From Albugo candida (taxonomy: Eukaryota), in contig JBDOQK010000002.1 in the NCBI GenBank assembly GCA_040437565.1, positions 806,001 to 870,000 on the forward strand: a DNA stretch of 64,000 bases, given 5' to 3'. The translations under genes were made by a program, and so were the position numbers. Below are positions 1 through 11,830 of this stretch, piece after piece. The notes below the pieces were generated by a model. The model worked only from the letters and a program-made list of their open reading frames with translations, was not told where the DNA came from and ran no database searches. How positions within the stretch are numbered: position 1 is the first letter of the stretch; each line of letters starts with the position of its first letter.

Positions 1-3000
1 TGTGTGACAGCGATTATCAGTCCCGCTTTGGCCCTTGCAATCGATGCATGTCTTGAGAATCGACTTTTACACGATTATTTACCAAGAATACTGAATCTAT
101 TATGGCAGCTTTCACCAGCTCGTTACTATCAACCAACTTTGAGTTTGAAAGGTATTTCTTTGATGCATTGCATAGAAAAATCGGACACGAACGAGCAAGT
201 CAATGACGACTTTGAAGACGACGACATGCTCGAACTGCTTGCAAGTGTGGATTTAGAAAAGCTTAGCTCGGTCAAGCAAGCCAAACCTTTGGAATGGACC
301 CTCAAAGATCTTGTAATGGCATTTGAAGCGGACATTCTGAAAGCTCTAACTCGACCTTACAGACTTCCACTCCAGCGCCTGCTGTTCAGTTCCAGCATGC
401 TCGCATCACCGGTCGGTAGACAATCAAGTCTGAATTATCAGACGATGCAAATCTTTGGTTGCATAATATCCACATGCTCCTCATCCTACTCTTGGGATGT
501 CGCACGAGCTGCCTCATTCCAAAAGCCATGCTTTTTTACTTCCAAACTATTCAGCGCCATCATCCGACACAATTGGGACGCAAGAAATTGGCTTGTATTA
601 TCATTTTTTAGCGATACAAACGCTGAAAACGAGCTTTTGCAGCTTTGGCTCAAGGCTACCTTTGATCCTACCACGTTATTTCGCGATAGAGACTCTGGCC
701 ACATCAATTACTGGGAAGCGATGACGGATACGATCATTTACAACCTGCACCAAAATGTTAGATTAGAAACGAAAATGGCTCCTCTGATGTTTCAGTGCAT
801 GCAGGACACGGCATCACGTTTTTATCCGACATTCACTTCCCATATGACTTCAAGTGTAGCCCAACCCGACCATTGTCAGCTCCATTTTCAGCTGTTTCTA
901 TCCTTGTGCAAAAGTATAGGCTCTGTATGGAATCGTTCGTGTATGGAGCCTCAGAACAATCAGAGATACCAATTCAGATCAAAGTTTATGGATCGATATC
1001 ATGGAATATTCACCGTTTACACCGAGTAAGTCGATTTGATGTTGCGGCTCTTATCACTGTCAATTTGATCTGTAGACTGTACGAGGCAAACTTGAGACAT
1101 ATGATCACACGACTCGAACAAATGAAGAGTTCNNNNNNNNNNNNNNNNNNNNNNNNNNNNNNNNNNNNNNNNNNNNNNNNNNNNNNNNNNNNNNNNNNNN
1201 NNNNNNNNNNNNNNNNNNNNNNNNNNNNNNNNAGCTGTTTCTATCCTTGTGCAAAAGTATAGGCTCTGTATGGAATCGTTCGTGTATGGAGCCTCAGAAC
1301 AATCAGAGATACCAATTCAGATCAAAGTTTATGGATCGATATCATGGAATATTCACCGTTTACACCGAGTAAGTCGATTTGATGTTGCGGCTCTTATCAC
1401 TGTCAATTTGATCTGTAGACTGTACGAGGCAAACTTGAGACATATGATCACACGACTCGAACAAATGAAGAGTTCTGGATGGATGCGAAGTACTATGGTT
1501 TTACAGAAAGAGTTTGCAAGGCAGCAGTATACAAGCACTAATGCCCACTGCTTGGATACGAGCATAGATGGTTTGGATCTTGACTCACTGAATGGAAAGG
1601 AACAGACCAATGAGCCTTTGTGGCAGGCTTTAAGGCTTTTCAAGTTCATGTACGACTGTGCTGAAGCTTTTCTCATCCATTGCAGCGATCTAGCCATAGG
1701 TCAGCAAAACACTTTTTTTGCAATTATGGAAGTCATGTTTCGGCAAGCAGTATTCGCCGAGAACGAGAGGATCAAAGCCAAATTCCCATCAAAATTTAAA
1801 GCTTTCACGACAGCCAAGTCAGAGCATACATTGACCGCGTGGAATTCGCTTTTGGAAAGTATTCGAACGTATTTTGCGCAACAAAAGTACCCAAGTCTTT
1901 TGCGTTGGTTCGCTCGGGTGAGGCATTCACATTTGTGGCCAGCAGTCGTGCTGATACTTGCATTGTAATAGACAGAAAATTCCTATCAAACGCTCGAGAA
2001 CGGGTGGAAGTCGTCCAATTTGCGTCTACTTCTTCTCAACATCCTAGATTATGATGGTGCGCTGGGGATACGGAGTTATTATCACGATCTAGAAGACGAT
2101 CAACTGGTGAATATAGCTACTCGTGTTCGTCGTGAGGCATATTATCTGTCTTGCGGCTTGTTGATCTGCAATACGACAAGCGCTCAGGCTCAGAGTCTAT
2201 CAGAGTCATCGGAAAACTCGCTTTTGCTCACGCAAAAGCTCCGAAAATTCATTCTGACAAATTTCTTGGCCGAGCTGTTAGCGGATGCGGTCGCCGAAGG
2301 AGGACCTCTTGGCCAAACACTGTTGCCTTGTGCTCAATTTGTCAAAGCGTATGTACATCATTGCAAGCTCAACTTGAAGCCTGCCGAAGCTGTGTCTGAC
2401 TTGGCAGCAAACCCACTGGAGGCGTTACCTTTCATTTCGTTGGTTGCGGAGTACACTTTCTGCAAGCCTCTAGACACGATCGTGCAGTACGAAACACTCA
2501 GGTATGCTTCTTCGCATCCTTCAGTCAGTTGAGTTGAGCATTTGGTGCTGTAGCTACATTTTGGCTATCGAACTCTGTGGTATTCTTCAGTATATGCTTG
2601 AAACTTTCGAATGGTGGGGTCGCTCGGATCGACTGTGTGAGCATAAGCAAGTGTTTACTCTTTTACACTTGAGCTTGTGCTCCATAGGAGTCATCCTCCG
2701 CCATGTGGACGAATCCAGTTTCAATGAAATCGTCGATACCTTGATCGATGGAGGGAAAAAGGAGATATTGGATCTAGATGCAATCAAAAACCGCTTTCAG
2801 AAAGAAAACACCCGAATGCTGGCCAAAGAGTACAGCCCGATAGAACGAGTGAACGCATTCGATAGACCTAAAGGCGAAACCCCGGATGCGTATGGATTCA
2901 GTAAAGCCCTGATCTGTGCCGATTTACTGTGTGCCACAAGATCTCTTATCAAAGTGTGTTGCCTGACTGCTGTTCAACAACGAGAAATTCAAATGGCTGT

Positions 3001-3028
3001 GCGATTATTTGCAAGTTTACGAGATTGA
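1..3028 (+). CDS. Large uncharacterised multi-exon protein (Leu-rich, probably alpha-helical), 5' end outside the window
   Basis: Successive + ORFs (4-1029, 1249-1968, 2020-2532, 2504-3028) are joined by short GT-AG introns (~1026-1075, ~1918-1971, ~2502-2553). The gene is interrupted by the gap/duplication at 1133-1232. No recognisable motif. Confidence 0.65.
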
Positions 3029-3080
3029 AACGCCTTCATTCATGGAGATCATAATCAGTAGCTCAGCTCTCTGGTGCTGG

Positions 3081-3961
3081 CTAAAGTCTTCTCACAAACA
3101 CACACCAGTTGGAGCGACTATAGCATGTCTTCTCCACTATCAAGCCGGGAATTTGTGCGACCAACGACTCAATTTCTCCTTCTCGATAAACATGGCAATA
3201 TCGCTGATATACTATCCACTTTTTCTCATCTTCTGTGCTGAGTTGAGATTCTTTTACCTCCACTTTCTCCTCAGAGTGTGCGTTTTCTTTCGCGTACTTA
3301 TGCTGCAGTTTCCAGTCCACCAGAACGTCTTGCTTGTTGAAAATTCGCTTTGAACGCTCATCTTGCTCGAAGGCCCATGCAAGAATCAGAATTGATCGAC
3401 CGGATTTGACAATTCGAGCCAACTCGCTGCGACATATCAAGTTGAAGGGATGCTACTGTGAGTTCAGACGGCTATCTGACCTAATTAGCGCGATACGACG
3501 ATGATTGTTGGACACATGATGCAATACTGCGATACAGATTGCCGCGTCACACGATTCCGAGCGCATTGGTATTTTAAGCGCATCACAAGCAAACAAATCC
3601 GAGCAATTACTATCAAAAACAGAAAAGTACACAGAAGCCACTCCATGCGACAATTCACTCACTTTTCCTTTACTGCTGCGCATTTGAGAAGCGGCAGACT
3701 GCGATCAGATCCTATAACGCTGATACTATCATTAACGTGAAGATATTTGCCATTCCCACAGCCAATGTCTGCAACAATCGAGCCGGCAGTGAGTTGTTGC
3801 AAGAATTCAGTGACGATGGGCCAAGCATGATGACGTGTGTGGCTGAAATGGGATGCAATATTATCGTACACTTGATGCACATGCTCTCGTTCGACTAAAT
3901 TCGGCGATAAAGAGCTACTTATTGCATCTGATTGTGATATATCGAATGGTTTTGGCTCCAT
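3081..3961 (-). CDS. TRM9: Trm9/ALKBH8-type tRNA wobble-uridine carboxymethyltransferase (methyltransferase domain only), 3 exons
   Basis: EREHVHQVYDNIASHFSHTR, SAM motif DIGCGNGKY, CDAAICIAVLHH, WAFEQ, QDVLVDW, YQRYCHVYREGE and SNW match the Trm9/TRMT9B/ALKBH8 methyltransferase domain. Confidence 0.88.
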
Positions 3962-4703
3962 AACAATGCATACAGTTTTCAGTATACTCGTCTACCAGCA
4001 AAAAAGCTCCAAGGATTATATTGTATGTATGGTACAGGCGCATTGTTTTAGACGTTGCATTCATGGGCTACCGAGTCTAAATCTACTATGGACGAGTAGA
4101 TGCATGTGCAATTCTTTTCGGTTTGGCATAAATGAGAGCTGGAGTGGTGGGTTAGTAGGATCGAAAGCTGGCCATGAGGCTCTTTGTATGTGCTTCCAAA
4201 AAAAGCTTATATAGTCGCATGAAGGTGGAGGAATAAAGCAGTTTTTTGTTATTGCTCTAGTACCCGATAGGATTGCTTCTAATGTATTCGCTACGTGACA
4301 TAAAATGATGCGTCGTACCGCTGAGATACACTGTCGACAACGGGTGAGTGAGTGGTCATCTCTTGGGTAATTTGATACATTTGATTGCGTCTTTCACAGC
4401 GTACATCATTTCAGCCCAACCGTTCCAAAATCTCCAAATTCGGGACGACTTCGTCGATAGAGTTTATACAGCTTTCCAGCATCTTTAACGAATCTAAGAT
4501 GTGTTAGTTCCAAGACAAAAATGCTCTTGAATCATTGTAGTCGATTTCGAAGCTTGCAATGCACCAAGCACTTCTACTCACATGCCCAACTGTCCACCTC
4601 TTCTTGACATTTTCTCTATTATATGCCTCGGCAGACCTTATGACTTCGGAATTTTGCATAATTAATTCATGATTGGTGTATAATAACATACCATAACTAT
4701 GAA

Positions 4704-7443
4704 ATGGAGTCTGAAGCTATTGTAAAGCTCATTGAGAGCGATTCGTACACATCAAATGCATATGTGTCAAAACACGTTTTCAAACGGATGATAGAACACT
4801 TTGGTCCCTACATTTTCATCCAAAGCAATCCGAACACAGATATCAACGTATTTCGACTGAGTCAGACAGATATGGTGAATGATGATGCACCGTGTCCAAC
4901 GATAACTATAGATCACTGGCCGCCATCACAAGCAACAAATAATTTTGTCGATGGCTCAATGATAACAATCGGCGGTGTCTCACCAATCACAAATATGCGT
5001 GTCGTGCAGTACTTGGAATTAGTGTATCTTGGACCCGGGGCATTTAGCTCACGGCCAAAGGTGCCAATAGAGTTTCTAAAGTCTTTGTTGTATCGTCGAG
5101 TGCTTTCTGGAGAAAAGGGAACCATCTCTCTCAAGGAGGAAGGTTGCGAGTACGGACAGTGGGCTTTCACAGCTCATTATCAGAAGCNNNNNNNNNNNNN
5201 NNNNNNNNNNNNNNNNNNNNNNNNNNNNNNNNNNNNNNNNNNNNNNNNNNNNNNNNNNNNNNNNNNNNNNNNNNNNNNNNNNNNNNNCACCGTGTCCAAC
5301 GATAACTATAGATCACTGGCCGCCATCACAAGCAACAAATAATTTTGTCGATGGCTCAATGATAACAATCGGCGGTGTCTCACCAATCACAAATATGCGT
5401 GTCGTGCAGTACTTGGAATTAGTGTATCTTGGACCCGGGGCATTTAGCTCACGGCCAAAGGTGCCAATAGAGTTTCTAAAGTCTTTGTTGTATCGTCGAG
5501 TGCTTTCTGGAGAAAAGGGAACCATCTCTCTCAAGGAGGAAGGTTGCGAGTACGGACAGTGGGCTTTCACAGCTCATTATCAGAAGCTTACAAAAAGTAA
5601 TGCTTCACCTTGGGCTGGAATCATTGACACAAACACGCTTATCTCAATACATTCACTTTCTACATGCGATAGTCAGCTTCCAAAATACATCACATTCGGC
5701 AAAAGGTCGATGGTGGATTGTATAGGAAAAAGTGGACAACCGTTTCTGAATCTCGTCGCCATGGCTCTCGGAACCTGCAATTTCCCACGTGGTAAGAACG
5801 ATAATATCTGATCATGTTATGAGGCAATTTTTTTTCTTAGAGTTGAAAGTAGCCCGTTCCATATTGCTACAGGGTGCTAATGGAACGGGTAAAACAACAC
5901 TTGTGAGATTGGTAGCAAAGCATCTCGGAGCAAACCTGTTGCCGTTAGACGGGCTTCATCCGCTTACAGCGCATAGCCACACGATTTTTCAGGCTGCATT
6001 GCGTCTCCAACCAGCCATTATATTTCTGGATGATATCGAGCTGATTTTTCCAGCTTCTGGCGGCGCATCCATCTACAGACAGCTTCGAGAACTATCACTG
6101 TATTTAGAACATTTGGGTACGAGTGGGAGGCATCTCAAAAATCTCTTACCTTTTGCAACCAACTGATTTTTCCTCTCTAGAACTTATTGAAAACTGTCGT
6201 GTGGCACTTGTTGGAACGGTTTCCAACATCAGTGCTTTGCATATCAAAGTAAGGAAACTGTTTGAAGAGGAAATATCGCTACAGGTACGCATTATTATTT
6301 GCAGCTGGTTTTCTAAGCATTTCTTTTGACCTTCTGACCAGCCACATGACAGAACGTGGACACTGGATTTCTTGTCCGCTTTAGGCCTTCCTGAAGATGC
6401 GAAAAAATCCCTTGTCGAGCGGTTTGGGCAGAATATTAGCCGTATAATTTCTACTGCTCGGCGATTCTTTCTGTCCCATGAACCAGCAAGTCTTGCCCAA
6501 TTATCTCATTCCGGTAAACCCACAAGTTCGATTTTGGTTGCTCCTCAGGTCGCTTGGTCAGACATTGGAGGCTGCAGGTCTATAAAGCAAAAACTGATTG
6601 AAACGGTGGTGTGGCCGATTGAGCGGCCTCAGATGTTCCAAAGACTGGGCATATGCCCTCCATCGGGAATGATTTTATATGGACCTCCGGGAACAGGCAA
6701 GACAATGCTGGCTAAAGCTGCTTCAACTGCAAACGGGTGCAACTTAATATCCGTTTCCGCAAGCGATTTAGTCCGTGCAGAATTTGGTGAGAGTGAGAAG
6801 GAAATCTCCCGAGTTTTTGATACAGCTCGAGCATCTCAACCCTGCATGATTTTCATCGACGAATTTCAGTCTTTATTCGGTAAACGATCATCGGCTGGAA
6901 TGGTGCGAGCGAATCAGATGCGTATCATCTCCGGCGTGCTCAATGCAGTCCTTTACCTCTTTAGGCAACATCAAGAATGACTTCTCAACTGCTGATGGAG
7001 CTGGATTCTATATCAACAATTCAGCCGCCAAATTCGTGCCAGCCGACTGACTTTATTCGAGTCTTTGTGCTTGCAGCGACGAACGCTTTGGAGGCAATCG
7101 ACTCTGCTTTTTTACAGCCAGGTATGAAGATCCGCTTCATCATCAATATAAACTCTGACACATTGTAGGGAGATTTGGAAACGTATTGTACGTTGGCCTG
7201 CCAGACGAGGAAGCCCGACAAGAGATTTTATTGATTCAGAAATCACGTATGCCGTGGGATTCCGATATTGATGTGAGTAGTCTTGTTACAGCAACGGAGG
7301 GATATAGTGCCGCTTCTATCGTCGCTCTATGTCGTCGAGCTGCGATCAAAGCGATGCAGCGACTCGATTCAGCACCGTCAGAGAGTGAATGCATTAACAT
7401 CAGAGACTTCGATCTTGCTTTTGGAGAAAAAACGGAAAAATAG
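4704..7443 (+). CDS. Type II AAA+ ATPase (CDC48/SPATA5/PEX-like), multi-exon
   Basis: D1 has GANGTGKT and IIFLDDIE. D2 has WSDIGG, GPPGTGKT, IFIDEF and AATN..IDSAFLQPGRF (spliced across intron 7122-7168). Includes the artefactual duplication at gap 5188-5287. Confidence 0.85.
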
Positions 7444-7710
7444 AATAAATGAACGTCATTGGAAAATAGAATAGAACATGTTGCCAACGGATCCTTCTGT
7501 GTAGTGTAGCTTCATTTGCATCGCTGTGTTTATCGACCACTAAATTTCAATGATTCTAATTTATATTAGTTAGTCCCATTTATAGAATTACGCAAACAAT
7601 GATAATAACAGTTACATCGCTGACCCTATGTGACGTGCATTAACTTTGGCATTTGATTAGATTTCATGATAAGCTTAGCCATTATTGTTTCGCTTTTTAG
7701 GTGCTGTTGA

Positions 7711-8853
7711 ATGTGCTCATCATTCCTACAACAGCGCCATCGATATAGCTTGCTATTGCAAAGACGATGCGCTTCGACATGTCGAATCATGTTTCTTGGG
7801 GCACCCGGTGCTGGTAAAGGAACCTATGCATCTCGAATTGCTCCGCTGTTCAAGATCCCTACAATTTCGACCGGAGATTTGGTTCGCCATGAAATCAGTA
7901 AAGATTCTTCAACGGGAAGCACTATCAAAGTAACGGATACGAATACACGATTTTACGAAATGTTTTCTAATTCTGCATCGTCTCTCATTAGGATTATAGT
8001 GATCGTGGTTTGCTAGTTCCGGATTCCATCATTATCAAGATGGTGAAGCGCTTCTTGTGACTTTGTCGAAGATACCTTCTCATAAACTACTCGTTCATAG
8101 ATCAAAGCGAGATTGGATCAAGAGGATGCACGAAAAGGTTACATTTTGGTACTAAATATATGTGCTAATTGTGAGCAGCACTCACGAGTTTTAATAGGAT
8201 GGTTTTCCGAGAAATGTGTCACAAGCAGAATCATTTGATGAGGTAGTGGAGGATGTACATGGATAATTGAAGTTTTAAGAGCACTTATTCATACTGTTCA
8301 GATTTCCAGCTTGGATATTGTCGTCAACCTTGCCGTGCCCGAATGGATTCTAGCCGATAAAATATGCGGAAGACGGTAAGTAATCTAAAAAGTATGCTGA
8401 CAGGAAATTGAAACGTGTCGTTTCTTTTCAGCGTTTGCTCCGATTGTGGTGCTGGTTACAATGTTGCGATGATTCGCAATGGTGAGTTTGATATGCCTCC
8501 TCTCTTGCCTCGAGTCGAGGGAATTTGTGATAGCTGTGGGGGCTCGAGCATTGTGCAGCGATCGGATGATAAAGTGGAGGTTGTCAAAGAGCGGTAAGGA
8601 TGCACAAACCATTCAGGGACCCATGTAGTGCGATATCTAATCTCATGGTACCATAGCCTTCGTGTATACAAAAACGAGACTTCTCCTTTGATTCAATTTT
8701 ACGAGAGAAAAGGTATGCCTGTTGCGTCGCTGACATGAGCAAAACTAACCTGTCGCTATTGAAGGAAATCTTAGAACATTTCAAGTGAAGCGTGGTCTTG
8801 CAGATCTGGACGATCTGATTGCTTTAATAAAGTATGAACTCCGTATACATTAG
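7711..8853 (+). CDS. Adenylate kinase with zinc-binding LID, probably mitochondrial, ~8 exons
   Basis: GAPGAGKGT, ISTGDLVR, GLLVPD, GYIL/DGFPR, LID CSDC...CDSC, QRSDD, ETSPLIQFY; stop TAG at 8851-8853. Arg/Ser-rich N-terminal leader. Confidence 0.92.
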
Positions 8854-9054
8854 ATTCTGCAGCGAGCAGCTCTAGTATAAAAGTTTTGGCCGTCATCTGA
8901 TTCCGAGTGAATGAATTATTATTAAGCATATCATAGNNNNNNNNNNNNNNNNNNNNNNNNNNNNNNNNNNNNNNNNNNNNNNNNNNNNNNNNNNNNNNNN
9001 NNNNNNNNNNNNNNNNNNNNNNNNNNNNNNNNNNNNTGTTGGTGCAAATCGAAA

Positions 9055-11708
9055 ATGGTACATCATCGCGCTGGGCCTTTAAAGCAGCAAAATAAGAAAC
9101 ACAAAACGGGTAAACATGTTACAAAAGCAATTAGAGAGCGCAAATGCGGTGGCAGAGTTGAATCCTCCACGAAAAAAGCGCATGCACAATCTAATAACAC
9201 AATGCAAGCGAACAATAAGCAGATGAGATTGCTGCGTCAGAAACAATTGCGACAGCATAAGAAAGAGAACCTCCTTTTGGATCGTCGTTGTGGTACATCT
9301 TCTCCTCTTAGCGCTTCTTCTATCGGATTATAACAATGTGCTTTAAAGGCGGCGGTAATCGATCACAAGCTCCAAAGATTGTTGGAGTCGTTGGACTGAG
9401 TGATTCTGCAGACACCTCTCAAGTTTCCAATTTCATTTTACAGGGTGCCGATGAAATTGAGATTCCACATTCGGTTAGTGGGACCTTTGACAATGTTTTC
9501 TCGATTAAATTGTATTGTGGGCGATGCTGTGCTGCATCAGGTCAATCTGCTACCGAATTGTTCAGCTGGATGCTACAATTCGCATAAACAGAGCTTATGC
9601 GTCGTGGATTGCGGCATTGACTTCAATTACTCACTAGACACAGCCAAGGTACGTGTCTTCGATGAAAAGAATTAGGGCGAATTAATGACACTTGCACTAA
9701 GGTCGCCGATATATTGGTGATGGTGCTACCAGTTAGCGAAGATAGTAAAGACTTGGACAACATCGCTCGAGAAAAGATCTTATCGGCAATACGGGCGCAA
9801 GGGCTTCCATCGGTTGTTGGAGTCGTTCAAGGATTAGATAAACTGACTTCAAAGGCGCAAACAGACTCCAAGAAATATGGACAACGATTTTTTCAAACTG
9901 AGTTTGGAGAAAGTGTTAAGATTGTGTATCAACAGACAACTCTCATTCGCACAATTCTTGCGATGACACCAAAAGTTATCCACTGGCGTGAAGCACGATC
10001 GTATATGCTCGGTGTAGCTACTTCTGTGACGCCAAATCCCACGACACCAGGCAATGCGACTGTGGAGATTTCTGGGTATATCCGAGGCAAACCACTGTCT
10101 GTCAATCAACTCGTCCATATCACTGATGTTGGTACATTTCAGATGAGTCAAATCACCGCCGCACAGGTGATTCGGAAGAAGTGCGTGGACGACGAAATGA
10201 GTGGTAAGGTTGACGCTTGTGCCTCAGGGAATCTCGAATGTGAAATTCTGGCGCTTTCCAACCCGAAATATCAAGAAGATTTGAGATATGAAGCCGAGTA
10301 CGACCCTTTTGCTGCTGAGCAAACCTGGCCCACAGAGGAGGAATTAGCTAATGCAGAGAGCGAAAAACAGGATCAGCGACAGCGCCTGGCGGGTGAATCG
10401 TCAGAATATCAGGCTGCATGGATGGTTTCAGATCCAGAAGATGATCTTGATGAAGAAGGGGACAAAGTAATGGATCGAGATGGAAGCTCGAGCGAGAACG
10501 ATTCTCCGTTGGACCAATCTTTTTGTCGTATAAAGCCAAAGAAGTCTATTGCCAATGAAGATGATGACGATGATGATATGTCGGTGGATGAAGAAATACC
10601 TGCTACTCGTGCTGCCAAACTGGAAGCATACAGAGAACGAAAACGTCAAGAACAAGAGCAAATGGAGTTTCCCGATGAAGTAGATATTCCTATCAACATG
10701 GCCGCTAAGACTAGATTCGCTCGGTATCGAGGGCTGAAGAGCTTGCGAACAAGCGCATGGGATCCGAAAGAATCCTTACCAACCGATTATTCGCGATTGT
10801 TCCAGTTTGAAGATTTTGCAATGGTCCAACGACGCACGATCGAACGTGGGAAAAATGCTGAACAGGCAATTCGTGCAGAATATCGCCGAAAATTGCACAC
10901 CGCTCGATCCCGTGGCAACTCTATTGCTTCAGCTATGGAAGATGTCGACGATTCGACTGGACGAACACGACTTTCCTTCACAGAATCGGAGTTTGGTGAA
11001 ACTGGTTACGTTGTGTCGGGGATCTTTGTGACTCTACAAATCGTAGAAGTCCCCATGGAACAGCTACAGAAGCGGCTTGAATGTGGCCCACTTATCCTGG
11101 GATGTTTGCTCAAGCACGAGAATCGACTTTCGGTGCTCAACTTTTCGATTCAACGATCCGCATTGTTCACGGACCCAGTTAAGTCAAAGCAGGAACTTGA
11201 ATTCCATGTTGGTTTTCGACGATTCAGAGGAAAGCCTGTTTTTTCCGATCAGAATCTGAAAAGTGACAAGCATTTACTCCAGCGCTTCTTACCGCAAAAC
11301 GGATGGAGTGTGGCCACTACATACGGCCCAACTACATTTCAACCGGCTTCAGTGCTCATCTTCCGAGACAATGGGACCTTGATGGCGAATGAGTTGGTCG
11401 CATCGGGCACCCTGACAAACGTCAATCCTGATCGTATCGTGCTAAAACGCGTCATTTTGACGGGCGTTCCGGTTAAAGTGAAAAAGCGAAAAGCAGTCAT
11501 TCGGTACATGTTTCATTCCGCCGAAGACGTTCGTTGGTTCAAGCCTGTAGAACTGACGACGAAACACGGCGTTAGCGGCCATATCAAGGAATCATTGGGA
11601 ACCCATGGCGACTTCAAAGCGATATTCAACAAACCTATCAAGCAGCATGACACAGTCTGTCTCGTGCTCTATAAACGCGTGTATCCCAAATTCTGTGAAG
11701 CTTTGTAG
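9055..11708 (+). CDS. TSR1: Pre-rRNA processing protein TSR1 (40S biogenesis)
   Basis: N-terminal HRAGPLKQQNKKHKTGKH, AQGLP, EQTWPTEEEL, FPDEVD, RFARYRGLKSLRTSAWDPKE, GHIKESLGTHG, LYKRVYPK; three short 5' introns. Confidence 0.95.
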
Positions 11709-11830
11709 AGGTATAGCATAAGCCTTTTGTATTCCATTGTTTCGATTTTTTCTTCCGACGAAAAAGAATCTCTTTTGCACGCGTGCATAGCTCAATTACA
11801 TGTTGAATGGGTTGGACCGATTTTGATCTA

